A DNA stretch of 64,000 bases from Candidatus Marsarchaeota archaeon (GCA_023476545.1 JAMCYP010000014.1:2297-66296), one strand, 5' to 3'. Shown: positions 11,875-20,236, numbered from the stretch's first letter. The notes: generated from the letters alone by a model not told the origin. Numbers and translations are program-made.

Positions 11875-12240
11875 ATGGAGAGAACCGTGGTAACCAATGC
11901 GAGTCCTATGGAAGCGCTTAGAGCGCGCCAAGCGCAGGACACGTTGATAAGGGTGGGCAGGGACCTTGCGGGGCTGGCTGACGAAACAAAGCTGAAGAAC
12001 CCAAGGATAAGAGACAACGCGTTCGTGAAAGCAGCTGAGTCTCTCAAGAGAAACCCGATGCTCACGCACAAGACTCTTGCAAAAGCGGTTTTCTATCTTG
12101 CGTTGGAGGAAACGTCTCCGGAAAATATCAAAGACAGCGACGTGGTTCGCACGCTGAACACTGTCCTGGACCAGAATGAATCATGGTGGTTCACGCTGGC
12201 ACAGACACTACGCAGAGAGTTGGCAAACGCCCACCGCTAG
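11875..12240 (+). CDS. hypothetical protein
   Basis: 121 aa from ATG 11875 (inner Met of the 11767 ORF, whose 5' part overlaps srp54). Helical-looking; no recognised motif. Confidence 0.5.
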   Translation: MERTVVTNASPMEALRARQAQDTLIRVGRDLAGLADETKLKNPRIRDNAFVKAAESLKRNPMLTHKTLAKAVFYLALEETSPENIKDSDVVRTLNTVLDQNESWWFTLAQTLRRELANAHR

Positions 12241-12279
12241 GGAGCAGGCTTTTATTCCTTAAATCTCATCATTAGTCGA

Positions 12280-12354
12280 GGGCTCGTAGCTCAGCTTGGT
12301 TAGAGCGGCGGTCTTATAAGCCGTAGGTCCGGAGTTCAAATCTCCGCGGGCCCA
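12280..12354 (+). tRNA. tRNA-Ile (anticodon UAU)
   Basis: Hand fold: acceptor GGGCTCG/CGGGCCC, D arm GCTC/GAGC, anticodon stem GCGGT/GCCGT, loop CTTATAA, T arm CGGAG-TTCAAAT-CTCCG, discriminator A. Confidence 0.9.
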
Positions 12355-12363
12355 CTGTAGGGA

Positions 12364-12798
12364 TTAGCCGGTTACGCGGCGTTGGGACCTTATGCTTTCC
12401 TGCTCCAGGGAGAATGTGTCCAGGGTTCTCAGCAGAGATATCATGATCTCGTGGTCATTGTTTTTATCCCCGTGTGGAATCAGGACTATCTTTGCACACC
12501 CGCCTGCCCAGTCAAGATTCGCGCTGACGAAATCAAACTTACGCAAGTTGGGATCATCGACGCCTTTGATCAGCACCCTGTAGAGGCGTAGCTCTTCGGC
12601 GAGACGGAAGAAAGAGTCTAGCTGCCTGTAACCGTCCTTGTCCTTAGAGTCACCAGGATAGACTGTGAAGGTGAGCCGCTGCTTCAGGTTCCTTATGCCT
12701 ATCAGCCTGGCCTTCTTGTCCGGCGTACTTTCTACCGCCACAAACGCTTCGCTGAGCTCATGCGGGGCGTGTCCTTCCTTCTCTGCGTTAGGGCTCAT
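12364..12798 (-). CDS. hypothetical protein (orphan)
   Basis: 144-aa ORF with its own TATA; no motif recognised. Confidence 0.6.
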   Translation of the reverse strand: MSPNAEKEGHAPHELSEAFVAVESTPDKKARLIGIRNLKQRLTFTVYPGDSKDKDGYRQLDSFFRLAEELRLYRVLIKGVDDPNLRKFDFVSANLDWAGGCAKIVLIPHGDKNNDHEIMISLLRTLDTFSLEQESIRSQRRVTG

Positions 12799-12820
12799 TA
12801 CCGAACCTTCTCTGTGATTT

Positions 12821-12829
12821 TATAAATAG
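12821..12829 (-). promoter_or_regulatory. TATA-box candidate (CTATTTATA)
   Basis: 23-31 nt upstream of ATG 12798 on the minus strand. Confidence 0.45.
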
Positions 12830-12861
12830 TTTGGCTTGATGTAAGGTGGCTGACGTAGCGG

Positions 12862-13368
12862 TCAGCTCCTGACGCTTTGTTTTAGCGGGATGCTGATCTC
12901 GATCACTACCTTGAACTCATCGTGTGCGCCAATGGATCTGTTGTACCTTGAAGCCTTGAAGATTAGCTCCGGATTGGCCTCTGACTCAGTTGCCCACCAG
13001 AACCACATCCGTGTGTTCTCAGTGTCCATGAGAATTTGGTGCGCTTCGGTCATCCCGACAAGCTTTTGCGGGATCTGTATTGCAGATAGCTGCATGTCAA
13101 AGGGCGTATTGCTGAGCCGTTCCAGCATGCCTATGGTTTTGGCGAGTTTCGCACGTCTATCTATGCCGAGATCGGCTATGACGCTGGGATGTACTTTGAA
13201 CTCGTATATGGCCTTGTTGTCAAGCGTCTCCGCGCTGAAGTCTTGCTTGTCTGCGAACGCGAAGCGCATTGTTGCGGAGTCGGCGCCGTCTCTGGAAACC
13301 GATACCAATACCTGCTCAAGCGCTTGGGTAAAGAGCCTCCGTTCGCCGCTCTGAAGCCAGTAGTGCAT
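12862..13368 (-). CDS. hypothetical protein (orphan)
   Basis: 168-aa ORF with its own TATA; no motif recognised. Confidence 0.6.
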   Translation of the reverse strand: MHYWLQSGERRLFTQALEQVLVSVSRDGADSATMRFAFADKQDFSAETLDNKAIYEFKVHPSVIADLGIDRRAKLAKTIGMLERLSNTPFDMQLSAIQIPQKLVGMTEAHQILMDTENTRMWFWWATESEANPELIFKASRYNRSIGAHDEFKVVIEISIPLKQSVRS

Positions 13369-13396
13369 GCTATCTGATAATGTCGGCTTACCTTCC

Positions 13397-13405
13397 TATA
13401 AATAG
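13397..13405 (-). promoter_or_regulatory. TATA-box candidate (CTATTTATA)
   Basis: 29-37 nt upstream of ATG 13368 on the minus strand. Confidence 0.45.
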
Positions 13406-13434
13406 ATTTCTATAATTTTTGACGTATTAACATT

Positions 13435-13755
13435 GTGAAAAACTCTGAGCTTTCACGCAAAATTGCGATTGGGAGGATAGGAAGGCTTGCCAAGCTGGCT
13501 GAGGACAGGACCTTGGAAGGCGATACGGCTTCGAGAAGGCTGGCAAAACGCTACGTTGACTTGGCTCGCAGGATAAGCCAGCACTACAAGGTGAGCATAC
13601 CCAAGGAACTGAAGCAGCGAGTATGTAGGAACTGCGGAAACTTTCTGGTGCCCGGGGTGAACTGCACTGTGAGGCTTGTAAGTTCACGCGGCTATGCCGC
13701 CTATGTGTGCGAGTGCGGTGAGGAAAGGCACATATTCTACAAGAAGGCACACTGA
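13435..13755 (+). CDS. rnp4: RNase P protein component 4 (Rpp21)
   Basis: 106 aa: N-terminal helical RRLAKRYVDLARRIS followed by CRNCGNFL...CECG zinc ribbon. GTG start. Confidence 0.85.
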   Translation: MKNSELSRKIAIGRIGRLAKLAEDRTLEGDTASRRLAKRYVDLARRISQHYKVSIPKELKQRVCRNCGNFLVPGVNCTVRLVSSRGYAAYVCECGEERHIFYKKAH

Positions 13756-14268
13756 TTACTGCTCTTCCTGAATAAGGCTCGAGACAAAATCGGCTATGTT
13801 ATCAACGCCGGTGGCTGTGACTATGTTCTTGTCCGCAACCACGAAATCCTGTGCCGGTTTGCCCCTGTAGAGTACCACCAGCTTCTCCGTCTCCTCATCC
13901 GTCTTTGCTATCTTGGCGTCCTTGATTATGTTCGCGCGGGCGACTACCTTGATCCCGTTGCCTATGCCGGCTATCTTCCTCTTGCTTTCGTGGAAAGCCT
14001 TGAGAAGATCCAGGAGGGGCCTATAATCGTAGAGCTTAAGCGAGTCCACCCCTGGGCCGTCGGCTACCAGAATGGCGTCGAATGTGTTGGGCTCAAGAGC
14101 CTGGGCCTCTATCTGCGGCTTGACAACCGCGCCGTGGTATCCCGTGCACGGCTTCAGGGAGAGGCTGGCAATCTGCGTCTCTACATCCTTCTTTCCCAGA
14201 AGCAGCTGCAGGTGCGATACCGTCTCGTCCTTGAAATCGCGTGGTGCAATGAGAATCGCTACTCGCAT
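13756..14268 (-). CDS. DJ-1/PfpI-family protein lacking the nucleophile Cys
   Basis: 170 aa, MRVAILIAPRDFKDE..., with the nucleophile-elbow position reading IAGIGNG instead of aaiCHG. Confidence 0.7.
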   Translation of the reverse strand: MRVAILIAPRDFKDETVSHLQLLLGKKDVETQIASLSLKPCTGYHGAVVKPQIEAQALEPNTFDAILVADGPGVDSLKLYDYRPLLDLLKAFHESKRKIAGIGNGIKVVARANIIKDAKIAKTDEETEKLVVLYRGKPAQDFVVADKNIVTATGVDNIADFVSSLIQEEQ

Positions 14269-14311
14269 TCTATCATGGTTATTTGTCTATAAAAGAAAAT
14301 AAAGCTTGCCG

Positions 14312-16117
14312 TTACTGCTGCCTTGGCCTCTGTGCAGGCTGTGGCTGCTTGGCACCTTGGTTTGGAACCAGCCCCTTTCTGTTCCTTTCGAACACATAGA
14401 TGAAGATTCCGGCAAGTACGAGAAGCTCTATCACGTTCAGGGGCGATAGGATCGATATCCTTGATGCAACGCCGTTGCTTACTATCGCGCTGCCCTTCAT
14501 GAGGAAGTAGGTTGCGGTGGCATTGGCAAATCCATCGGGAACGTCGTTTATCGTGAGCATGCCGTCAGGTCCGGAGTACATGGTGGTTTGGGTTCCGTTC
14601 TTGAACGTGATGGCCACAGACGCGTTGATCGGAAGGCCAAAGAGCCCCGTGGTTCTTAGTGTCACGTTGTATATTGGCAGAGGTACGTTGACCGCCTCAG
14701 GGGAATCCTGAGTGACGTCGGTGCTTGCCGCAATCCACACTCCTTTGTAGAATGCTCCAGAGATGACCGCGGTTGAGTTGGCCTCGAGGAATGGAGTGGC
14801 GTTGACCTGCTGACCGTTGACTAGGTACTGGGAGACGTTGACTCGTTGGCCAGATGAGTCTACACCGAGTAGCTCGCTCTGGTACTGCCACAACGCGCTT
14901 ATGTTGAGCGGGCCGTGCACCAGCGTCTGGTTTGCGGTTCCAGTGGCTCCATTGCTCCACTTCTCGAACCTGAAGGGCTGCGCTCCGTTGCGCAGGAATG
15001 TTGAGTTTGCTATGCTGAACTTAACCTCGCTGCCGTTTGCGTACCATCCAGCACCGCTTGCGAAGCTGTACGGCGAGTTGACGTTCACCCAGTACTGCTT
15101 CTGCCAGTTTGCCGTCTCGGTGATGTTGGCGGTCATGAGCAGCTGGACGTTGTTCTGGCTGCCCGAATAGTATCCAAGGCCGCTGCCCGTCCACCCAGTA
15201 AACACGACACGGGTATCGTTTGTCAGGTTTATTGCTGAAGGCGCCGAAAGCTGCTGCACCGTATATGCTATGTATGATATCTTGCTTGAGAGATTGCCGT
15301 ACTTGGAGTTGATTGCGAGCGTGTATCCCAGGCTCCAGAGCTTGGTGCTGTTTGTCGATGTGGACAGGCCGGACCCCACCATGAAGTAGTTGGTCCTGGA
15401 GTCGATCTCCTGAACGCCATACGGGTTCGCCAGGTTCTTCCTGCTGCCAACGCCGTAGTTGATTGTGCCGTACGCGGTCTGCACCGGCAGGAACATATCA
15501 TACTTGTATGCGGAGAGGTTCGCGAAGATCACGGGCTTCATGTACGTCTTCGCGTTGCTCGTGTTTGCTATCTCGCCTATTGCGAGAGGGGCGTATGGCC
15601 CAGAGTCTGCCGCGCCAACATTTACGCTGCCAACGGTCTTGTTGTTGAACTTGAAGTACCAAGTATTACCCAACGAGTAGAAGGAGTAGGTATTGAACGT
15701 CCCGTTGGTCCCCGCAGAGCCGTCTGGGCCCGTGGAGCCGAAGAAGGTTGAGTTGTTTCCAGGAGGGAAGTACTCATAGAACCATTCGGCATCGCCGGCC
15801 TTGACGAATGTGCTGCCGGCGCAGCCAGTCGTGGTGCATTCTGTACTGAGATTTCCCGTCTGGTTAGATATTGTGTAGCCTATCTGCAGGAATGCGCCGT
15901 TGGAAAGCGTTTCGCCGACCCAGAATGCCATAGATCCGATCGAAAGGTTCTGCGTAGTTATGGTCTGTATCTGCACGCTAGCGCCGTTGTTGCTGTTCGA
16001 ATTGCCAGCAGCCCTGGCTCCACTCTGAAACCAGTATTCTGCGTGGGCCACGCCTGGCAGTGCTAAGAATGAGACGAATACAAGCAGTACAAACAGCTCA
16101 GACTTTCTCATTGTCAA
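14312..16117 (-). CDS. secreted, C-terminally anchored surface glycoprotein (S-layer candidate)
   Basis: 601 aa: signal peptide (LLVFVSFLALPGVAHA), at least 25 N-x-S/T sequons by eye, InlB-B-repeat-like FTGWTGSG / FEKWSNGATG segments, and a C-terminal TM plus basic tail. Confidence 0.8.
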   Translation of the reverse strand: MTMRKSELFVLLVFVSFLALPGVAHAEYWFQSGARAAGNSNSNNGASVQIQTITTQNLSIGSMAFWVGETLSNGAFLQIGYTISNQTGNLSTECTTTGCAGSTFVKAGDAEWFYEYFPPGNNSTFFGSTGPDGSAGTNGTFNTYSFYSLGNTWYFKFNNKTVGSVNVGAADSGPYAPLAIGEIANTSNAKTYMKPVIFANLSAYKYDMFLPVQTAYGTINYGVGSRKNLANPYGVQEIDSRTNYFMVGSGLSTSTNSTKLWSLGYTLAINSKYGNLSSKISYIAYTVQQLSAPSAINLTNDTRVVFTGWTGSGLGYYSGSQNNVQLLMTANITETANWQKQYWVNVNSPYSFASGAGWYANGSEVKFSIANSTFLRNGAQPFRFEKWSNGATGTANQTLVHGPLNISALWQYQSELLGVDSSGQRVNVSQYLVNGQQVNATPFLEANSTAVISGAFYKGVWIAASTDVTQDSPEAVNVPLPIYNVTLRTTGLFGLPINASVAITFKNGTQTTMYSGPDGMLTINDVPDGFANATATYFLMKGSAIVSNGVASRISILSPLNVIELLVLAGIFIYVFERNRKGLVPNQGAKQPQPAQRPRQQ

Positions 16118-16916
16118 GTCCTATTTCATTTAACTTCTTAATTGTTTGCTCCTTCATCGTCGCGTTTAGGCTCTTCCAGTCTATCACCGCGGTTTCCGGT
16201 TCGATGTCTGACCTTTCCAGAGTCTGCGCTAGCACGTCAAGATTGTCTGTGCCGTCTTCGTTCAGTATCGCGTACTTAGGCATTATGTGAGTGAAGGCGT
16301 ATCCTTTGGAAAGCGCTAGCCCCGAAAACTTCTCAGGGTAGTGGTTGCTGCCTATTCCGATCGCCGTCTTCTGCGGGATGGCATCTCCATCAATCGCATC
16401 GGTGATGGCGCCCATTGTTGCATCCGCGACAAGTGCTGCGGCCGCACTGCTTTCTATCATTGAGTCACTGCCGCCGCTCTCGGCGAAGAGGCAGGGGGTC
16501 TTGAGGAGGGGTCCGTGGTGCGTGGCCTCGAACGTCTTCTCTACTTGTTTGTCTATGGCGCTGATTCTTTTCAGAACCGCAAGCATTAGCGATGACGCAG
16601 CCCACGAAAGCTGCTTGGGCTTTCCTCCAAAATCCGCGCTGCCTCTCCAATTTCCCAGAGAATGCGTGGTGAACGCGTCAACCGCGGCTTCGCTCTTGTG
16701 TCTGCTGAGGAATACGAGCGCATCGCAGCCGAATTCATCTGCGAAATCCGCCATGAATGGAAGTACATCTACCTCGTAGATGCGCAGTTCGTCAGTCTCG
16801 TACCTCAGGTACTTGTGGTCTTCGATCTTCTCGAGCTCGTGTGTCTCGATTATGCGTGATGCCATGTTCGCGCCTACGACATCAAGCTTAGAATAGACGA
16901 TGCCTATCATGGACAT
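16098..16916 (-). CDS. dtdA: D-aminoacyl-tRNA deacylase, archaeal type
   Basis: 272 aa with FLSRHKSE...TTHSLGNW...FEATHHGP...GIGSNHYPEKF...THIMPKYA, matching the DtdA family blocks. Confidence 0.9.
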   Translation of the reverse strand: MSMIGIVYSKLDVVGANMASRIIETHELEKIEDHKYLRYETDELRIYEVDVLPFMADFADEFGCDALVFLSRHKSEAAVDAFTTHSLGNWRGSADFGGKPKQLSWAASSLMLAVLKRISAIDKQVEKTFEATHHGPLLKTPCLFAESGGSDSMIESSAAAALVADATMGAITDAIDGDAIPQKTAIGIGSNHYPEKFSGLALSKGYAFTHIMPKYAILNEDGTDNLDVLAQTLERSDIEPETAVIDWKSLNATMKEQTIKKLNEIGLDNEKV

Positions 16917-17066
16917 GCAACGCCAGATAATGGGAGCTATGGTTTATAGTTATGGTTGGCGCTGCAGGAGTTCGTCGGCATAGAAGCATCTGCCGTGCGA
17001 GCGCTTCTGTCATCATGCTATAGCTTATATATTTATCACGTCAACAAATAATTGCAAGGGGGTCAG

Positions 17067-17813
17067 ATGTCTTTTGAGCTAAAGCTAGACAACGCCAGAT
17101 ATTGGAGAGATTGCGTTGAGGCAATCGTGAGTCTTGTTGACGAGGGCACATTCAACATAGGAAAGGAGGGAATCTCGCTGAGGGCGATGGACCCATCAGG
17201 CATAAGCATGATCTCGTTCAACATGCCGAGCAAGGCATTCTCGAAGTATGATATTGACAAGAGCGTTGATATCGGGCTGAACATAGACAACCTGAGCAAG
17301 ATAATGTCGAGGACAAGGGACGACGAGGCGCTGATGATAAAGGATGCAGACGGCAAGCTCCTTCTAGAGTTCATAGGCGCGAAGAGCAAGCGCAGGTACA
17401 GGCTCCACCTCATAGACGTGAGGAAGAAGGACGACAAGGAGCCGAAGGTCGAGTTCGACGCCAACGTAGAAGTGGACGGCGAGCACCTCAAGAACGCGCT
17501 AAAGGACGCATCGCTGATCTCATCGTATATCGCATTCAAGGCAGGCAAGGGCCACTTCACCATAAGCGCAAAGGGCGATTCGGGTGACCTTGAGGAGCTG
17601 AACGAGGTGGACGGCGCAGGCATAAAGAAGCTTGACGCGAGCAAGGACGCCGAGTCTGTATTCAACCTTGAGTTCCTGGAGAACATGGTGCGTTCGAGCC
17701 CGATGGGCAACGCCATCAAGCTCTCGATAAAGAGCGACCAGCCACTCAAGCTGAACTACAGCATAGGAGACGCTTCCGTAACCTATTTCCTCGCTCCGTA
17801 CGTAGAGGAGTAG
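17067..17813 (+). CDS. pcn: DNA polymerase sliding clamp PCNA
   Basis: MSFELKLDNARYWRDCVEAIVSLVDEGTF..., about 248 aa. ATG 17067 is preceded by GGGGGT. Confidence 0.95.
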   Translation: MSFELKLDNARYWRDCVEAIVSLVDEGTFNIGKEGISLRAMDPSGISMISFNMPSKAFSKYDIDKSVDIGLNIDNLSKIMSRTRDDEALMIKDADGKLLLEFIGAKSKRRYRLHLIDVRKKDDKEPKVEFDANVEVDGEHLKNALKDASLISSYIAFKAGKGHFTISAKGDSGDLEELNEVDGAGIKKLDASKDAESVFNLEFLENMVRSSPMGNAIKLSIKSDQPLKLNYSIGDASVTYFLAPYVEE

Positions 17814-17814
17814 G

Positions 17815-18267
17815 CTACTGCTTTCTTGGTTTTAGTATCACTGCGAGCTCATGAGCTGCGGCGCGAAACTCGTCCTCTTCCTCTCTTGTGTCGTATTTGA
17901 CAGCAAGCAGGCTTTCCGCCTCTGACCAGAGGCTCGGATTAAAGGTCACGCTATTGTCGAGCATGTCAAGCCCTATCTGGCCTGAAAAGACCCACATCGA
18001 GCCAAGACTACGTTCAAGATCAACTGACCACGGTGCTATTCTGGTGTCAAAGGTCACTCCTTCTAGTACCTTCGGGTGGCTCTTGCCCACCTCATAGAAC
18101 GCTTTGTGTATATCTTTCATGCTGGCATCAAACTCGTTCACTCCTTCTTGTTCCCTCACAAGCCCGAGAAGTATCGTAAATCTCTCACCGGGATACTTTG
18201 CGGCCAGCACCGTAGCCTCCAGTACTTTCGCCTCCTGTTCGGCCAGTTTCCTGCGCAATGAAACCAT
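17815..18267 (-). CDS. hypothetical protein
   Basis: 150-aa ORF between pcn and priL; no recognised motif. Confidence 0.55.
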   Translation of the reverse strand: MVSLRRKLAEQEAKVLEATVLAAKYPGERFTILLGLVREQEGVNEFDASMKDIHKAFYEVGKSHPKVLEGVTFDTRIAPWSVDLERSLGSMWVFSGQIGLDMLDNSVTFNPSLWSEAESLLAVKYDTREEEDEFRAAAHELAVILKPRKQ

Positions 18268-18346
18268 AGCGACTCCGTTTTACATATGGCACGCAATCTT
18301 ATATGATCTCTTATTGGGTTATAAACCTTGAATCCTACATAAAATC

Positions 18347-19267
18347 ATGCAGCTGGACAAACTCGACTTTGCCTACAAGTACCCTTTTTCCAAGGAGGCA
18401 AAGGAGGTAGTGGCGTCTCTGAACTCAACCGCGGTGGAGGCAAAGTACATCCAAGAGGGCATGTCGCAGCTCAACGGGCTCATGAAGTACGGCCGGATAA
18501 CCCACGAGAGGGCGAGGGGAATAACCGAGGTAAAGGTCAGGTACATAATGGGCTACGCGTATGCGCGCATGCTTGTGAGCGCGCTTGGGGACGGCTACTC
18601 TATATCAAGGTTCGCGGCGGCTGAGGCAGATTCATCATCGGAGTTCCTCGCACTGAGCGTTGACGACATGCTCAGGATATGCAACGAGTTTGGACTTGGA
18701 GTGGAGCGGAAGCAGGCTGAATTTCTGATAGGATTTGAAAGTTTTGTGTCTGTGCCGAAACGCGATGCTGCGGTACGGCTGATAAACCAGAAACTCTCCA
18801 AGGGCACGGTTAGCGTCAGCGTGAGCCAGCTTCTTGCCCTGGCGCGGGGTGTCATTGAGAGAGAAGTGGCCAAGGGACTGCCGATAGAGAGGAAGCTACT
18901 GCCGAAGGAGGTGGTAGAGGCCGCAAAGTCGCTGAAGCCCAAGGAGCGCAAGGCTGCCCTGGGTGCCAGAGCAGGTTCGTATGCATGGATAGAGAAGCTG
19001 TTGGCTAACCCCATAGCCGACGTGCGGCACAGGTCTGTCAACCTCATACTAGCGCCGTATCTTGTCAACGTTAAGGGCATGGACGAGGAGAGCGCAGCGA
19101 AGGTAATAATCGACTACATAGAGCGCTGCAAGCAGATCAACCCGGCAACGAAGATAAACGAGTCTTACATAAAGTACCAGTGCAAGTATGCCAAGAACAA
19201 GGGCATGAGGCCGCTTTCGCTCACAAAGGCAAGGGATCTGCTCAAGGAGGTAGCGGAATTTGAGTGA
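18347..19267 (+). CDS. priL: DNA primase large subunit PriL homolog (Fe-S cysteine ligands missing)
   Basis: 306 aa with a PriL-like N-terminus (FAYKYPFSKEAKE...YAYARMLVSAL) and CTD (RHRSVNLILAPYLVNVKGMDEE...YIKYQCKY). Only 2 Cys sit in the CTD, and the PPC and PPSC positions are not Cys. Confidence 0.8.
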   Translation: MQLDKLDFAYKYPFSKEAKEVVASLNSTAVEAKYIQEGMSQLNGLMKYGRITHERARGITEVKVRYIMGYAYARMLVSALGDGYSISRFAAAEADSSSEFLALSVDDMLRICNEFGLGVERKQAEFLIGFESFVSVPKRDAAVRLINQKLSKGTVSVSVSQLLALARGVIEREVAKGLPIERKLLPKEVVEAAKSLKPKERKAALGARAGSYAWIEKLLANPIADVRHRSVNLILAPYLVNVKGMDEESAAKVIIDYIERCKQINPATKINESYIKYQCKYAKNKGMRPLSLTKARDLLKEVAEFE

Positions 19268-19271
19268 TTAC

Positions 19272-19427
19272 ATGGAAGTAAGGAAATCAATCGGGATGTG
19301 CCACGTCTGCGGCAGGCTCGCATCGAATTCATGCGCGAACTGCGGAAAGCTGGCGTGCGACAAGGACTTCGATTCCAGGCTCGGCATCTGCATGGCCTGC
19401 AAAAGAGGAAGGATGATGGTCAAATAG
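19272..19427 (+). CDS. small Cys-rich (7 Cys) zinc-finger-like protein, absent from the ORF track (<60 aa)
   Basis: Own translation: MEVRKSIGMCHVCGRLASNSCANCGKLACDKDFDSRLGICMACKRGRMMVK*. Its ATG lies 4 nt after the priL stop. Confidence 0.5.
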   Translation: MEVRKSIGMCHVCGRLASNSCANCGKLACDKDFDSRLGICMACKRGRMMVK

Positions 19428-19448
19428 CGAATCAATTGCTTGACAGTC

Positions 19449-19925
19449 TTATTTTTTAACTGGAATGAAGATGTACTTGCTAAGCAATGCGCCAGCTAAG
19501 CCAGAAAATCCGGTGATAAGAAGAAGAGTGAGGCCCTGCCAGGCGAGGAATAGAGCTCCTAAACCTGTTAATAATGACGGCAGGATAAATCCTAGGATAG
19601 GTATGATAAAACTAGAAAGCAGCACCGACGCTTTTCGGCTTTTTGTTATTGCACCTATAGCAAGTCCGCAAAATACAGCGCCGAGTAGAAATCCAGCCAC
19701 AATACTCAACACGAGTCCTGCAAGGATGCCTAAAGCGAAGCGTCGAACATCTGCCGTTAGGTCAACTGTTCGAGATACGATGTAATACAGCAAAGATCCA
19801 AGCACTACCACAACGATAGCGATTAAAACCTGAGTGTTTAAGAGAGAATTCACGGCGCTATTTAAACTGCTGTTTTGTGGGATTACTGTTATGTTGAAAA
19901 GAGCATAGAGTAACAATGATAACAT
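19449..19925 (-). CDS. hypothetical polytopic membrane protein
   Basis: 158 aa with about 4 hydrophobic helices; visibly AT-richer than neighbours. Confidence 0.6.
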   Translation of the reverse strand: MLSLLLYALFNITVIPQNSSLNSAVNSLLNTQVLIAIVVVVLGSLLYYIVSRTVDLTADVRRFALGILAGLVLSIVAGFLLGAVFCGLAIGAITKSRKASVLLSSFIIPILGFILPSLLTGLGALFLAWQGLTLLLITGFSGLAGALLSKYIFIPVKK

Positions 19926-19969
19926 TCGATTTAACGTTTGAATGCAAGCATTTAAGTCTTTGGGCTGAT

Positions 19970-20236
19970 TTAGTTTTGTTGGAAATCTGATGCGCTTTTG
20001 CCGTGCGGAAACGCCTTGCCGTTTGACGCCTCTACGGGCAGACCCGTCTCTTCAGATATCTTGGCCAGTTCCGCAAGCTCTATCTGCCTGTCGGTGAACA
20101 GTTCAACGTATTCTATGTTCCCAAGCTTCGTCATCCTTACCTTGAACGTGAGCTGCTGGAACATGCCGCTGCGGTTTACGCGCAGCTTGATGCTGCCCTG
20201 TCTTATAACCTCCTCTGCCTTACTTGAAAGTTTCAT
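19970..20236 (-). CDS. hypothetical protein
   Basis: 88 aa from inner ATG 20236 (MKLSSKAEEV...), which leaves a 65-nt divergent promoter region with nuoA. No motif recognised. Confidence 0.5.
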   Translation of the reverse strand: MKLSSKAEEVIRQGSIKLRVNRSGMFQQLTFKVRMTKLGNIEYVELFTDRQIELAELAKISEETGLPVEASNGKAFPHGKSASDFQQN

